30,609 nt of DNA from a virus (lineage: Duplodnaviria > Caudoviricetes). A program made the position numbers and the translations under genes. Location of the stretch: positions 1-30,609 of the IMG/VR virus record IMGVR_UViG_3300038673_000372. The stretch is one strand, 5' to 3'. The notes under the pieces are model-generated. The model saw only the letters and a list, made by a program, of their open reading frames with translations, was not told the DNA's origin and did not search any database. This document shows, one piece after another, positions 1-9,548 of the stretch (position 1 is its first letter; every line of letters starts with the position of its first letter).

Positions 1-848
1 CCGCTACTGTTGGTTTGAGTTCGTCTGGCACAACTGGTAATATCGCTATTTGGTGCGGAAGCGCTACTGCCGGAAGTGCTCCATTCAGAGTGACGAGAGC
101 GGGGGCTTTAACTTGCACAAACGCCACAATTACTGGAACTCTTAAGACAGGGAGCCTTATTTCCAATGGAACAAAAATAGGTGCTTCAAGTGGGGGGCTT
201 GAAATCAATGATGGAAGGATTTATAAGGATTCCGCAAATTATATAGGAACTGATGGTAGCGTTGTTACCTCTGGGGCTAATATAACTGGGGGGAGCATAA
301 CGATTCCGTCATCTAGGGGCACGATAAAATTAAACCCAAGTTTTGGGATTGTGGTAGAGGATACATCTCAAACCCCTGACAGAACATTAGAAATATATAA
401 TCAGGGAAATAATGTAAGAATTATTGGTAGTGATAGCGGAACTATGTATGTAGGTAACAACAGGAGTTCTTTTGGTATACCCAAAGCAGGATTTTCTATG
501 AGTTATGATTCAACCGATGAAGAATATCAAGTTAGATGTAAAGGTACTTTTATTGAGGAATCTAATGAAGCGAGCAAAAAAAATATAAAAAAATGCTTAA
601 AAAATTCTTTATCTTTAATAAACGATTCCGTAATTTATGAGTATACCAAAATAAATGATGGGGCAAAATCAAAAAGAATTGGGCTTATTATAGAAAAAGA
701 GGCACCAAAAGAAGTAGTAAAAGGCGAGGGGGTAGACTTGTATTCTATGATTTCTTTGGCTTGGAAAGCAATACAAGAATTATCCGCGGAAAACCTTGCA
801 TTAACCTCAAGGATAGACGCTCTTGAGAAAAAAATAAAAGATAAATAG
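1..848 (+). CDS. Tail fibre/spike protein, C-terminal part (5'-partial), with probable intramolecular chaperone (peptidase S74-like) domain
   Basis: Frame is open from the window start. Gly/Thr/Ser-rich beta-repeat sequence (APFRVTRAG), then a C-terminus 'ESNEASKKNIK...IGLIIE...VDLYSMISLAWKAIQEL' plus coiled coil, typical of autocleaving tail chaperones. Confidence 0.8.
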   Translation, partial: ATVGLSSSGTTGNIAIWCGSATAGSAPFRVTRAGALTCTNATITGTLKTGSLISNGTKIGASSGGLEINDGRIYKDSANYIGTDGSVVTSGANITGGSITIPSSRGTIKLNPSFGIVVEDTSQTPDRTLEIYNQGNNVRIIGSDSGTMYVGNNRSSFGIPKAGFSMSYDSTDEEYQVRCKGTFIEESNEASKKNIKKCLKNSLSLINDSVIYEYTKINDGAKSKRIGLIIEKEAPKEVVKGEGVDLYSMISLAWKAIQELSAENLALTSRIDALEKKIKDK

Positions 849-861
849 AGGTGGTGAGTTT

Positions 862-3381
862 TTGATAACGGTAATTGGGAATAAGCCCATTTTAAGATGG
901 GAAGACAGAGACATAGGCATTGTAGGAGACAACGGCGTTAAAACCCTTGCGTTTTATATTGACAGAATTCAAGAGGAAACAGACTTAAATGATTTTTCTT
1001 GTTGGGCTTTAATTGAAAGAAGCCCTATGAACGGGGGAGACACATACTCCACCTCTGTATCAAAGTCTCTGCAAGGCAATAAAATTGTAGTTTTATTGCC
1101 AATAACGAGCAACGAAACAAGGGATTATGGGTATATTTATTGTTCTTTGAAATTCGCCACTTCTGAGGAGGCGACACCCGTTTGGCAAACCGAGCGGGTG
1201 TTACTCCGCATTTCAAAGGGCATATTAGGTGAGACTGAGGCAGAGGCGCTTGAAACAAATATTTTTGATCAGCAGGTCGCAACATTTCAAGCAATGATTG
1301 ACTTGTTAGACTTGACTAATTATGAACATACCAGCAATAAGGTTACTTCCGTTTCTGGTGATTCGACAGATGTTCAATACCCGTCAGCAAAAGTATTGTG
1401 GGAAAGAACAAAATATTTTAACACGAACACTCTTAATACATATCTTGGTCATCTCGTAGGGGCAAGCGGAACGACTACACAATTTTCTACTGGCGTAGGA
1501 TCATTTTCCTTAAATTCACTAACAAGCGGATTGTCAAATACCGCGGTTGGGCATAGTTCTGCCCGCGCAAATACAACTGGGTATAGTAACACCGCATTAG
1601 GTAGAGACGCTATGTTGAACAATGCAACAGGATATGAGAATGTTTCCGTTGGGGCGTTTTCTCTTGTTTCTGGCTCCAATGTTATTCAATCCACCGCGGT
1701 TGGTGCGTATTCATTAAATAAAAACTCTGGGATATGTAATACTGCTCTTGGTCACAGTTCGCTCAGAAATAACACAAACGGAGCTCAAAATCTTGCTTGC
1801 GGAGCTTTTTCTTTGGAGGCTAACACCACTGGTCAAAATAATGTTGGTGTTGGATATAACGCTTTGTTGGCAAACACTACCGCGTCTAACAATGTTGCCG
1901 TTGGTATGTCCTCTTTAAGCAATCTTGCGTCTGGGGGCAACAATACCTCGCTTGGGACTGTTTCTGGGCGCTATCTTGCGAATGGGTCAACTCCAAAGGA
2001 TACTGCTACTGAGTGCACCTATTTGGGGTATAACACTCGCTCTGGCGGTGCTGATACTACAAACGAAACTGTAATAGGCGCGTCTGCTATCGGTATCGGT
2101 TCAAATAGCATTGTGCTTGGCAATTCGTCTGTCGCTACAACTGTTCTTCGCGGAGATGTTAGAGTAGGGACAAAGATTACTGATAGTGCAGGAACGGGCG
2201 CGGCAAAAGGCATAACTCCAGTTGTTTCGGATAATACGACAAGTATACCGACTTGTGCGTGGGTGAATACTGAAATTGCGAATGGGTTTGCTAACAGATA
2301 TTATTTTATAAATGAAAATAATTTAGGAATAGGCTTTGAAACATTTTCTAATAATGTTGACGGACATGAAAATGTTGCGATAGGTTCATATTCTCAGGTA
2401 GCAATATCGAGCGGGGCTGGCAATACATCCGTAGGTATCAAATCTTTATCTCAAGGAGACGGAAATTTCGCCGTTTCAATAGGGGCTCATTCTGGGGGAA
2501 CCGCCACTGATTTTTCGGATTCGGTTTTTATTGGCGTAAACACAAATTCTGCCGGTGCTGTGTCTGATAATGAAATAGTTATCGGAGGAGGTGCAACTGG
2601 TGCTGGTTCAAACACAGCAACTCTTGGCAATTCACGTATAACTAAAACGGTTTTGCGTGGTGATGTTCAGATCGGAACGAAAATAACTGCATCAGACGGG
2701 ACATCACCTGCCGTTGGTATTACTCCTACCGCTGGCGATAACTCAACTAAACTTGCTACTACTGCATTCGTAAGAGGCGAGTATGAACAGACTGCCAATA
2801 AAATTACAGTTTTATCGGCGGAAAATACTGATGCTCAGTACCCGTCTGCAAAAAGCGTATATGACAAAATAGGGCACATTAAAACATCTAATGAAAACAC
2901 GGCGCTTGGTATATCCTCTTTTATTTCAAATACTACTGGAGACGGGAATAATGCGATAGGGTTCGAGGCTTTATATTCGAATACTACAGGAGACTATAAT
3001 ACTGCAAGTGGAAGCGCATCTCTTTACTGCAATACTACCGGGGACTATAATACAGCAATAGGGTTTTGTGCGGGTTTATTTGCTGGGGTATTTAATGAAA
3101 ATCAGACTGGCTCGAATTCTATTTTTATTGGCGCTTTATCGAGACCAAATGAAAACGGACAAAATAATCAAATTGTCATTGGAAATAACGCAATAGGAAA
3201 TGGGTCTAGGACGACGACTATTGGAAACGATAATACCTTGGTAACATATATAAGAGGCCAGATAGTTCCTGAAAAACTATTCGCGGATCCCGTTGGAATA
3301 GAAGGCGGAATATATTTTAATTCTAATGATAAACATTTTTATGGATATAACGGAACAACATTTGTTCAGTTGGATAATTAA
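862..3381 (+). CDS. Tail fibre/adhesin-like protein: N-terminal baseplate-attachment (BppU-like) region, then ~14-aa 'NTAVG..AL..NT.G' beta-roll repeats
   Basis: RBS GAGGTGG before a TTG start; 839 aa; YadA/Hep_Hag-like repeats; internally duplicated linker modules; tail-module context. Confidence 0.75.
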   Translation: MITVIGNKPILRWEDRDIGIVGDNGVKTLAFYIDRIQEETDLNDFSCWALIERSPMNGGDTYSTSVSKSLQGNKIVVLLPITSNETRDYGYIYCSLKFATSEEATPVWQTERVLLRISKGILGETEAEALETNIFDQQVATFQAMIDLLDLTNYEHTSNKVTSVSGDSTDVQYPSAKVLWERTKYFNTNTLNTYLGHLVGASGTTTQFSTGVGSFSLNSLTSGLSNTAVGHSSARANTTGYSNTALGRDAMLNNATGYENVSVGAFSLVSGSNVIQSTAVGAYSLNKNSGICNTALGHSSLRNNTNGAQNLACGAFSLEANTTGQNNVGVGYNALLANTTASNNVAVGMSSLSNLASGGNNTSLGTVSGRYLANGSTPKDTATECTYLGYNTRSGGADTTNETVIGASAIGIGSNSIVLGNSSVATTVLRGDVRVGTKITDSAGTGAAKGITPVVSDNTTSIPTCAWVNTEIANGFANRYYFINENNLGIGFETFSNNVDGHENVAIGSYSQVAISSGAGNTSVGIKSLSQGDGNFAVSIGAHSGGTATDFSDSVFIGVNTNSAGAVSDNEIVIGGGATGAGSNTATLGNSRITKTVLRGDVQIGTKITASDGTSPAVGITPTAGDNSTKLATTAFVRGEYEQTANKITVLSAENTDAQYPSAKSVYDKIGHIKTSNENTALGISSFISNTTGDGNNAIGFEALYSNTTGDYNTASGSASLYCNTTGDYNTAIGFCAGLFAGVFNENQTGSNSIFIGALSRPNENGQNNQIVIGNNAIGNGSRTTTIGNDNTLVTYIRGQIVPEKLFADPVGIEGGIYFNSNDKHFYGYNGTTFVQLDN

Positions 3382-3384
3382 ATA

Positions 3385-3412
3385 TGCCAATAAAATCGTC
3401 GTTTTATTGGCA
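3385..3412. repeat. Palindromic gene-boundary site 1: TGCCAATAAAA-TCGTCG-TTTTATTGGCA
   Basis: Perfect 11-bp arms with a 6-bp spacer, between the stop at 3381 and the next RBS. Confidence 0.9.
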
Positions 3413-3417
3413 AGCAC

Positions 3418-5679
3418 TTGAAGGGAGTGATTAACATAAAAGAAATAATTATAACAGATTATACGCTTGAACCGAATGTCGGGTATGAAGGAGAGCATAG
3501 GTCAACAAATCTGAACATAAGGCTTACTAACGACCTAATATCAGAAAACATAGATTATTATACCATAGAGTTTAAGCCACAAGGTCAAAGCGTTATTCAG
3601 ACTGAGGCGCTTCAACAAGAGGGCGGTTATCTAACTATTCAACTTTGGCAACAAATTATGGTTTCAGGGATACTTGAGTTTCAGGTGATTGCTTGGAGGC
3701 TTGTTGACGGTGAGGTTTCAAAAATAGGGAAAAGCCCTATAATCAAAGTTAAAGTAGGCAAGAGCGTAAGTGGCGAATACGAGGAACTTGATGACAATGT
3801 TAGCGGGCTTATTGTAGAACTACAAAACCTTATTGCAAATTATCCTGTTCAAATGGGCGAATTTAATGAGGGTACAGAATGGAACTTTGAACTCGTTGAC
3901 GGATTGCTGAATATAACTTACGTTAAAGCAAAAGACGGAGAAGATGGTAATAATGGATTAACGCCAGAAATAGGGGAAAATGGAAACTGGTTTATAGGTG
4001 GCGTTGACACTGGAATTTTAGCAGATGTTACGCTTGATGAACTAAGGCACTCTCACGATAACAAAGAGGCTATAGACCAAATCACCGAACAAATGTTATC
4101 TGATATATCGGATAACACAAGCGCAAGGCACGAACACGACAACAAAGAAAGCGTTCTCGACGAACTTACGGTTGACGAGGGTGTTTTGAATTGGGAAGGA
4201 TTGCCTATTAGCGGTTCGTGGGCTTCAATTGTTGACACATACGGCGATTTGGCTGATGTTTCGGGCAATGTTGCTATTGTCCTGCAAGGGCGTACGGGTT
4301 ACAAATACCTCGCTCCGACAGACGGTAATCCGTTTCTGCGGTACACGAATTTATACTTAAACCCTGTGCCGATATTCATTGAAAGTGCGTTTGATATAGG
4401 CGCTACAAACATAGATATAACCGCAACAGACGGAACGAACACCGTAAACATTTATAGTGATGTCGTTCAGTTTGGCGATGAAGAAGCGGCGGTTTTGGTT
4501 GTTAGCATCAACGGCGTTTCTTATGTTTGGTCGTCATCTACGCTGACTTTCCCGTTGTTTCCTGCTCCGCAAGGTTGGTCATTTAGAGAGGAAGCGTCAA
4601 CATTCACGAAACTCTCACAACCTCCGACAATTCCAACGGGCGACTATGAGTTAGATATTACGCAAGGCGAGGCTGGTTGGGTGCTTAACGACACGCCATT
4701 TAACGCTTTTGCGGAAGTTTGGTTCAAGGAAGAGGGTCTGTGGAAACAATCCACAAAACGCCCTTGCATTGTGCAGGACATTGCAGATTTGCCCGAAAAC
4801 TTCGACGGCGAAAGTTGCATTGTGCTTAACGGGCAAACATACAAAGGTAATATGGAGGTAGGGACTTATGCGGAGTTGTTCATAAACCCGATACCGCGCA
4901 CAGAAAAAACCGATTTCTTGTACTTAAAAATAAAAGACGCAGAAAGCGACAACGAATATGAAATCATCGCCGAGCGGAACACAAGAGCTCCGGGGGGTGT
5001 GCCTGCATTTGCAAACGCGACACGCGAGGTGCAGACTTGCTCTGTGTTTGGTAACGGTATCGCTCCCGTCCTTGCGTATTTTTGGGCAAGCGACAAATTC
5101 GAAGGAACGCATTATGCGCTCGGCGATTTGACCTTTCCTCGCGGTTGGTCGAAAGCCGAATTGAACGGCTCGGATATAACCATTACGCCAATTTCTTACA
5201 CGGAACTTCCGACAATTTCTTACGGCATTATTACCGAGTCATTCCGCACGACCGCTGAATGCCTTGTTCGTGATACGCCTTACAACCCGTCGCCCGCAAT
5301 TTACTACCGCGCAAACGGCACTTGGTGTTGTGATAGTTATATTTCATTAGATAACACGAAACAAGATAAAGTATGGATTTACAATAATGCGTTAAAAACA
5401 GGTTGTGTTTATACGCATACCACGGTTGGCCCTATTGAGTTCATTTTACCCGCTCAGTTTGAAATGGACGCGACAAGAGGAACGACCGAGTTTTCAAGAT
5501 TTTACATTGACCTAAAAGTCACAAACGACGCCCACAAGGTTTCATTTAATGAGCCTGTAAAATGGGTTGGCAGTTTTGCACCGACTTTAACCGAGGGTAA
5601 CTGGTTCATCGAAGCGTTTTTCTCGCCCGTTGAGGAAATCTGGGTGCTGTTCGCCACATCGTACGGCTCGGCTGTTTAG
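3418..5679 (+). CDS. Tail-associated/receptor-binding protein with an N-terminal BppU-like region and a tandemly duplicated C-terminal domain
   Basis: 753 aa; 'GLTPEIGENGNWFIG' motif common in phage tail proteins; paired HxHDNK motifs; exact start codon uncertain. Confidence 0.65.
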   Translation: MKGVINIKEIIITDYTLEPNVGYEGEHRSTNLNIRLTNDLISENIDYYTIEFKPQGQSVIQTEALQQEGGYLTIQLWQQIMVSGILEFQVIAWRLVDGEVSKIGKSPIIKVKVGKSVSGEYEELDDNVSGLIVELQNLIANYPVQMGEFNEGTEWNFELVDGLLNITYVKAKDGEDGNNGLTPEIGENGNWFIGGVDTGILADVTLDELRHSHDNKEAIDQITEQMLSDISDNTSARHEHDNKESVLDELTVDEGVLNWEGLPISGSWASIVDTYGDLADVSGNVAIVLQGRTGYKYLAPTDGNPFLRYTNLYLNPVPIFIESAFDIGATNIDITATDGTNTVNIYSDVVQFGDEEAAVLVVSINGVSYVWSSSTLTFPLFPAPQGWSFREEASTFTKLSQPPTIPTGDYELDITQGEAGWVLNDTPFNAFAEVWFKEEGLWKQSTKRPCIVQDIADLPENFDGESCIVLNGQTYKGNMEVGTYAELFINPIPRTEKTDFLYLKIKDAESDNEYEIIAERNTRAPGGVPAFANATREVQTCSVFGNGIAPVLAYFWASDKFEGTHYALGDLTFPRGWSKAELNGSDITITPISYTELPTISYGIITESFRTTAECLVRDTPYNPSPAIYYRANGTWCCDSYISLDNTKQDKVWIYNNALKTGCVYTHTTVGPIEFILPAQFEMDATRGTTEFSRFYIDLKVTNDAHKVSFNEPVKWVGSFAPTLTEGNWFIEAFFSPVEEIWVLFATSYGSAV

Positions 5680-5690
5680 GGGGTGTCTAT

Positions 5691-6575
5691 ATGCTATTAG
5701 CACACGGCATTGACAGGATTTTAGGCGCAGGGACTGAAACGAACCCGTACCAAATCCGCACTCCAGCACAACTTGCGGAAATGCGGGATAATGTCAACGC
5801 AAATACAGGAAACTTCCAAACTGCTCATTATGTGCAGGTGTCTGATATAGACCTTAATGCGATTGACAATTGGACACCGATAGGAACTGACGCAAACCGT
5901 TTTGGTGGTGTTTATAACGGTAACGGCTACACCGTTTATAACTGTAAATGTCAATCGGTTGCGTTTGGTTTCTTTGGGCGTGTAACGGGAACAATAAAAA
6001 ATCTGCGTATTAAAGGCGGCCTTTTTACCTCGACAAATTCTGTAACGGTTGGTGGTGTTTTTTGTAATAGACTTATTGGTGGAACAATTAGTGGTTGTAT
6101 ATCAGATAGCACGATTGAAACACCTTTGTTGGCGGAGGTGGCATATGCAATAATAAGCGGCATTGCTGGCTCGATACAATTTGAAAACGGGACGATATCT
6201 GACTGTATAAATTATACAAGTGTGTTGTTAAATGGCGCAAGCACAGACTCAAGGAACTTCGCAAGTGGTATAGCAAGACAAGGTGCTGGGGTAGCCGCTA
6301 CAATTTTAAGATGTTTAAATGTTGGTTCTGTGCAGTGCACAACAACAATCGGGAGTGCAGATGCAATCTCTGAAAACGCCACGACAATCACGAATTGCTA
6401 TTTTGACAACCAAACATCAATCGCAACAAACGCAATCGCAACAGGCAGGACAACCGAGAATTGTCAAGGCCCTGACACTTTGACAAATGAGAATAAACTG
6501 CCGAACCTCGGCACAGAGTGGATTGCAACGGCAGGATATCCGTCGCCTAAGCGTTATATAACGAGAAAAGGCTAA
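5691..6575 (+). CDS. GLUG-like beta-helix protein (probable tail/surface protein)
   Basis: 'GAGTETNPYQIRTPAQL...SDIDL...WTPIG...FGGVYNGNGYTV...GFFG' pattern of GLUG-repeat proteins; ends 'GYPSP'. Confidence 0.65.
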   Translation: MLLAHGIDRILGAGTETNPYQIRTPAQLAEMRDNVNANTGNFQTAHYVQVSDIDLNAIDNWTPIGTDANRFGGVYNGNGYTVYNCKCQSVAFGFFGRVTGTIKNLRIKGGLFTSTNSVTVGGVFCNRLIGGTISGCISDSTIETPLLAEVAYAIISGIAGSIQFENGTISDCINYTSVLLNGASTDSRNFASGIARQGAGVAATILRCLNVGSVQCTTTIGSADAISENATTITNCYFDNQTSIATNAIATGRTTENCQGPDTLTNENKLPNLGTEWIATAGYPSPKRYITRKG

Positions 6576-6593
6576 TGAAAGGGGTATAATTTT

Positions 6594-7868
6594 ATGAGTA
6601 TTACAATACATAAAACACATCAAACTAAAAATCGCGCATATACTACAGCACGAAAAATGACACCGAAAGGAATTGTCGTTCATAGCACAGGCGCAAACAA
6701 TCCAGAACTTAGGCGATATGTAGACGCTCCCGCTATTGTCGGCGTAAATCAAAACGGAAATCACTGGAATGTGGTTCAACCAGCAGGCGCCGGGAAAATG
6801 GTTCACGCATTTATTGGATATGATAAAAATAAGAAAATTGTAGTTTGCGAAACATTGCCGCTCGATTATTGTTGCTTTGGATGTGGGCAAGGAAGTAAGG
6901 GCAGTTATAATTATAATCCCGCGTTCATTCAGTTTGAAATTTGTGAAAGCGCCCTTAATAATAAGGCGTATTACGAAGAGGCTATGCAAGTATCTATTGA
7001 ATATTGTGCTATGCTCTGCAAAAAATATAATATCCCAATTAAAGATGTTGTTGACCACGCAGAAGCGAATAAAAGAGGATATGCCTCAAACCACGGAGAC
7101 ATTGCACATTGGCAGAGGCTGTATGGTGACAATATGGATAAATACAGGAACAGGGTTTTATCCGCAATGAATTCTTCTGCTGTGTCTCCGCCACCTGTTA
7201 TTCCTCCAGCCGTACCCCCGACGCAACCTCAATCTGGATTGAAAAAGAGTGACAAGATTATATTGACAAATGCAAGCCTTTATAGTTCTGCTACAAACAC
7301 TGTGGTCGCAAGGAAAATAACCGGAACATATTATATTTATAGTGATCAGATTATAAATGGCAGAATTAGAATAACAAACAGCTTATCAAATGTAGGAAAA
7401 ACAAATGGCGTAACTGGATTTGTCAATATTTCTGAAATTGTGACTGAAAAACAAAAACAAGAATCTGACGCAAAAGCACTGGCGGACAAACTTGCAAAAG
7501 AGAAGGCTGAATCGGAAGCTAAGATGCTTGCTGAAAAGTTAGCCAAGGAAAAGGCTGATGCAGAGGCCAAAGCGCTCGCTGAAAAATTAGCAAAAGAGAA
7601 AGCCGATGCCGACGCTAAGGCGCTTGCCGAAAGACTTGCTAAAGAAAAGGCGGATTTAGAAGCTAAAATTCTTGCCGAAAAGATAGAAAAAGAAAGAATT
7701 GAAGCGGAAAAATTAGCCAAAGAAAAAGAGAGATTGGAGGAATTTGAAAGGCAAAAAATAGAGAAAGAGTTGAAGGAATTAGAGGATAGGCAAGAAACTG
7801 AATTTAAGATCCAGAATATAGTTCAGTCATTTTTCGATATAATCCTAAGGATTTTCGGAAAGAAGTAA
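6594..7868 (+). CDS. Endolysin, N-acetylmuramoyl-L-alanine amidase (Amidase_2-like), with a Pro-rich linker and charged helical repeat tail
   Basis: 'GIVVHSTG...HAFIG...IQFEICE...VVDHAE...SNHGD' Zn-amidase motifs; adjacent to holin-like genes. Confidence 0.9.
   Translation: MSITIHKTHQTKNRAYTTARKMTPKGIVVHSTGANNPELRRYVDAPAIVGVNQNGNHWNVVQPAGAGKMVHAFIGYDKNKKIVVCETLPLDYCCFGCGQGSKGSYNYNPAFIQFEICESALNNKAYYEEAMQVSIEYCAMLCKKYNIPIKDVVDHAEANKRGYASNHGDIAHWQRLYGDNMDKYRNRVLSAMNSSAVSPPPVIPPAVPPTQPQSGLKKSDKIILTNASLYSSATNTVVARKITGTYYIYSDQIINGRIRITNSLSNVGKTNGVTGFVNISEIVTEKQKQESDAKALADKLAKEKAESEAKMLAEKLAKEKADAEAKALAEKLAKEKADADAKALAERLAKEKADLEAKILAEKIEKERIEAEKLAKEKERLEEFERQKIEKELKELEDRQETEFKIQNIVQSFFDIILRIFGKK
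7461..7700 (+). repeat. Five 48-bp (16-aa) tandem repeats within the endolysin (xxxAKALAEKLAKEKA)
   Basis: Units start at 7461, 7509, 7557, 7605 and 7653. Confidence 0.85.
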
Positions 7869-7901
7869 TCAACTAAAACAAGACAATGGAGGTAAATAGT
7901 T

Positions 7902-8174
7902 ATGCCAGAAGAAGAAGGATTTGTGGAGTTTAGATTAGCAAAGGTTGAAGGCGATGTGAAAGACTTAAAATCAGAAATGAGCTGTATTAGAAACGCTCAA
8001 ATGGAAACTAAATATACTCTTGATAATTTACTAGTGGCTTTTGGAGAATTGAAAGAAAGCGTAAATAAAATAAAGGATAGACCGTCTCAATATTGGGATA
8101 AGATTATTGCCGCGGTAATATCGTCTCTCGTCACGGGATTTATTACTTATACTGTTCTTTCAAATTTAGGATAG
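7902..8174 (+). CDS. Small lysis-module membrane protein (XhlA/holin-like): coiled coil plus C-terminal TM helix
   Basis: RBS GGAGGT; hydrophobic C-terminus IIAAVISSLVTGFITYTVL. Confidence 0.65.
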   Translation: MPEEEGFVEFRLAKVEGDVKDLKSEMSCIRNAQMETKYTLDNLLVAFGELKESVNKIKDRPSQYWDKIIAAVISSLVTGFITYTVLSNLG

Positions 8175-8183
8175 GAGGAAATT

Positions 8184-8603
8184 ATGGATATTGATATTGC
8201 TGGTCTTTTGCAAATAGCAATCACTACGATAATCGTTCCGTTTGTAGCTTGGGGAGTGACCGAATTTACTCGTTGGATTAAAGAAAAAAGAGAAAATGAG
8301 GTTCTCGACAAATACCTAAAACTTGCAAGCGACTCTATAGTTACTGCTGTAGCAGATACAATGCAAGTATTTGTAGGTGCCCTTAAAACGGCTGGAGAGT
8401 GGAATGAAGAAACCCAGAAGGAAGCATTTGAAAGGGCGAGGCTTATGGCTATTGAACTTATGGGTGCAACCGTATGGCAAGCGCTCGATATGATCGTTAA
8501 AGATTCTGAGGCTTGGTTATCCGCTAAAATCGAACAGGCGGTTCGCGATGAAAAGTTAAAAGAAAAAGCCGCTGAAAACTGCATTGTGACAATCCACGAA
8601 TAA
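8184..8603 (+). CDS. Putative holin (LL-H-like)
   Basis: N-terminal TM helix; 'AVADTMQVFV..LK..G.W....QKEAF...IEQAV' pattern; RBS AGGAGG. Confidence 0.7.
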   Translation: MDIDIAGLLQIAITTIIVPFVAWGVTEFTRWIKEKRENEVLDKYLKLASDSIVTAVADTMQVFVGALKTAGEWNEETQKEAFERARLMAIELMGATVWQALDMIVKDSEAWLSAKIEQAVRDEKLKEKAAENCIVTIHE

Positions 8604-8611
8604 AAACAAAT

Positions 8612-8658
8612 AAATAGGGAACATAGATACGCTCTTAAAGCATTTATGTTCCCTATTT
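8612..8658. terminator. Bidirectional intrinsic terminator between convergent gene blocks
   Basis: Perfect 14-bp stem AAATAGGGAACATA / TATGTTCCCTATTT with A-rich and T-rich flanks. Confidence 0.8.
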
Positions 8659-8664
8659 TTCACG

Positions 8665-8690
8665 GCCAATAAAATTATCGTTTTATTGGC
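8665..8690. repeat. Palindromic gene-boundary site 2: GCCAATAAAA-TTATCG-TTTTATTGGC
   Basis: Perfect 10-bp arms, 3 bp past the stop of the 8694 ORF. Confidence 0.9.
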
Positions 8691-8693
8691 ACA

Positions 8694-9143
8694 TTATTCA
8701 ATTTCATCAATTTTTGCTTTTGCCTCTTTTAAGAATTTATCTATGTGTTCTATCACTTTGTCTTTTGATTTAACACCCTGAATTTCTATTTCTTGATAAT
8801 AATTAAGTTTTGAGAAATTGCAGTTGAAATCAAATAAATTATAGTCGTGAATAAAAATTGTTATATCTAAATCATAATTATCATTTTCAGATACAGAGGT
8901 TATTACTTTTTCATAAAGGTTGTCATTGTCGTCCACGGAATAAGATAGTCCATATTTTTCTAATAGTGCCGTGAACTCTCCGTCTCTTTTATCGCTCCTT
9001 AGCCAAAATATATGGTCTGAAACCTTTGTTTTTTCGCAGTCAAAACAGCGCAACTTGTATTTTACTGGATTTGAAAGTAGGCAAGTTACTTCTGTGTTAA
9101 AAGAACCGCACTCACATTGGATATGTTTATATCAATTAGCCAC
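8694..9143 (-). pseudogene. Zn-ribbon hypothetical protein with an in-frame TGA at codon 4 (ORF track reports only 8694-9053)
   Basis: RBS GGGGGA then GTG GCT AAT TGA TAT AAA CAT ATC CAA TGT GAG TGC..., in frame with the 119-aa ORF; the extension supplies the first half (CEC) of a CxC...CxxC motif. Confidence 0.6.
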
Positions 9144-9145
9144 GC

Positions 9146-9535
9146 TCAATCCCCCAGTCCTAAAAAACACTTATATTTGTTGATGACATAGCAGAAACTC
9201 TCGCTGAGAGTAAAAGCAAAAGACCCCCCATTGTTTCCTATGTGATCAAAAACCCTTATGCTTTGCTTGTCGTCTGTGCAAATGTATTCAACATCAAAAC
9301 TCAAGTCAAACAATTCTTTCCTTATGTTTTCGAGCACCTCTCTTGTATTCTCGTCTGACGATGTTTCGTATGTTTTTAATCTGTGCCTGTCATACCTGTC
9401 TAAGCAACAGATCAGAACGCCCATCGCCTCGTCGCTTGCATTTATAAGGTTTTCGAGTTTAGCCTTTGCGCCAAATCCGAGACAGTATGTTATTCGTTCA
9501 AGTATCTGTTCCTTAACTTCTTGTCTATCTATCAT
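9146..9535 (-). CDS. Hypothetical protein
   Basis: 129 aa; RBS GAGAGGA directly after palindromic site 3. Confidence 0.7.
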   Translation of the reverse strand: MIDRQEVKEQILERITYCLGFGAKAKLENLINASDEAMGVLICCLDRYDRHRLKTYETSSDENTREVLENIRKELFDLSFDVEYICTDDKQSIRVFDHIGNNGGSFAFTLSESFCYVINKYKCFLGLGD

Positions 9536-9548
9536 ATATATTTCCTCT

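Noticed and set aside
2526-3132. Half-sites TTTTATTGGC near 2526 and 3123
   Set aside because: They are inside the tail gene (F-I-G codons) and have no matching left arm.
3418-3445. Possible non-canonical ATA start after GGAGTGA
   Set aside because: In-frame TTG and GTG alternatives are adjacent; this cannot be resolved from sequence alone.
862-6575. Diversity-generating retroelement target in the Asn-rich tail genes
   Set aside because: No reverse transcriptase in the window, and I saw no near-identical repeat pair differing only at adenines.
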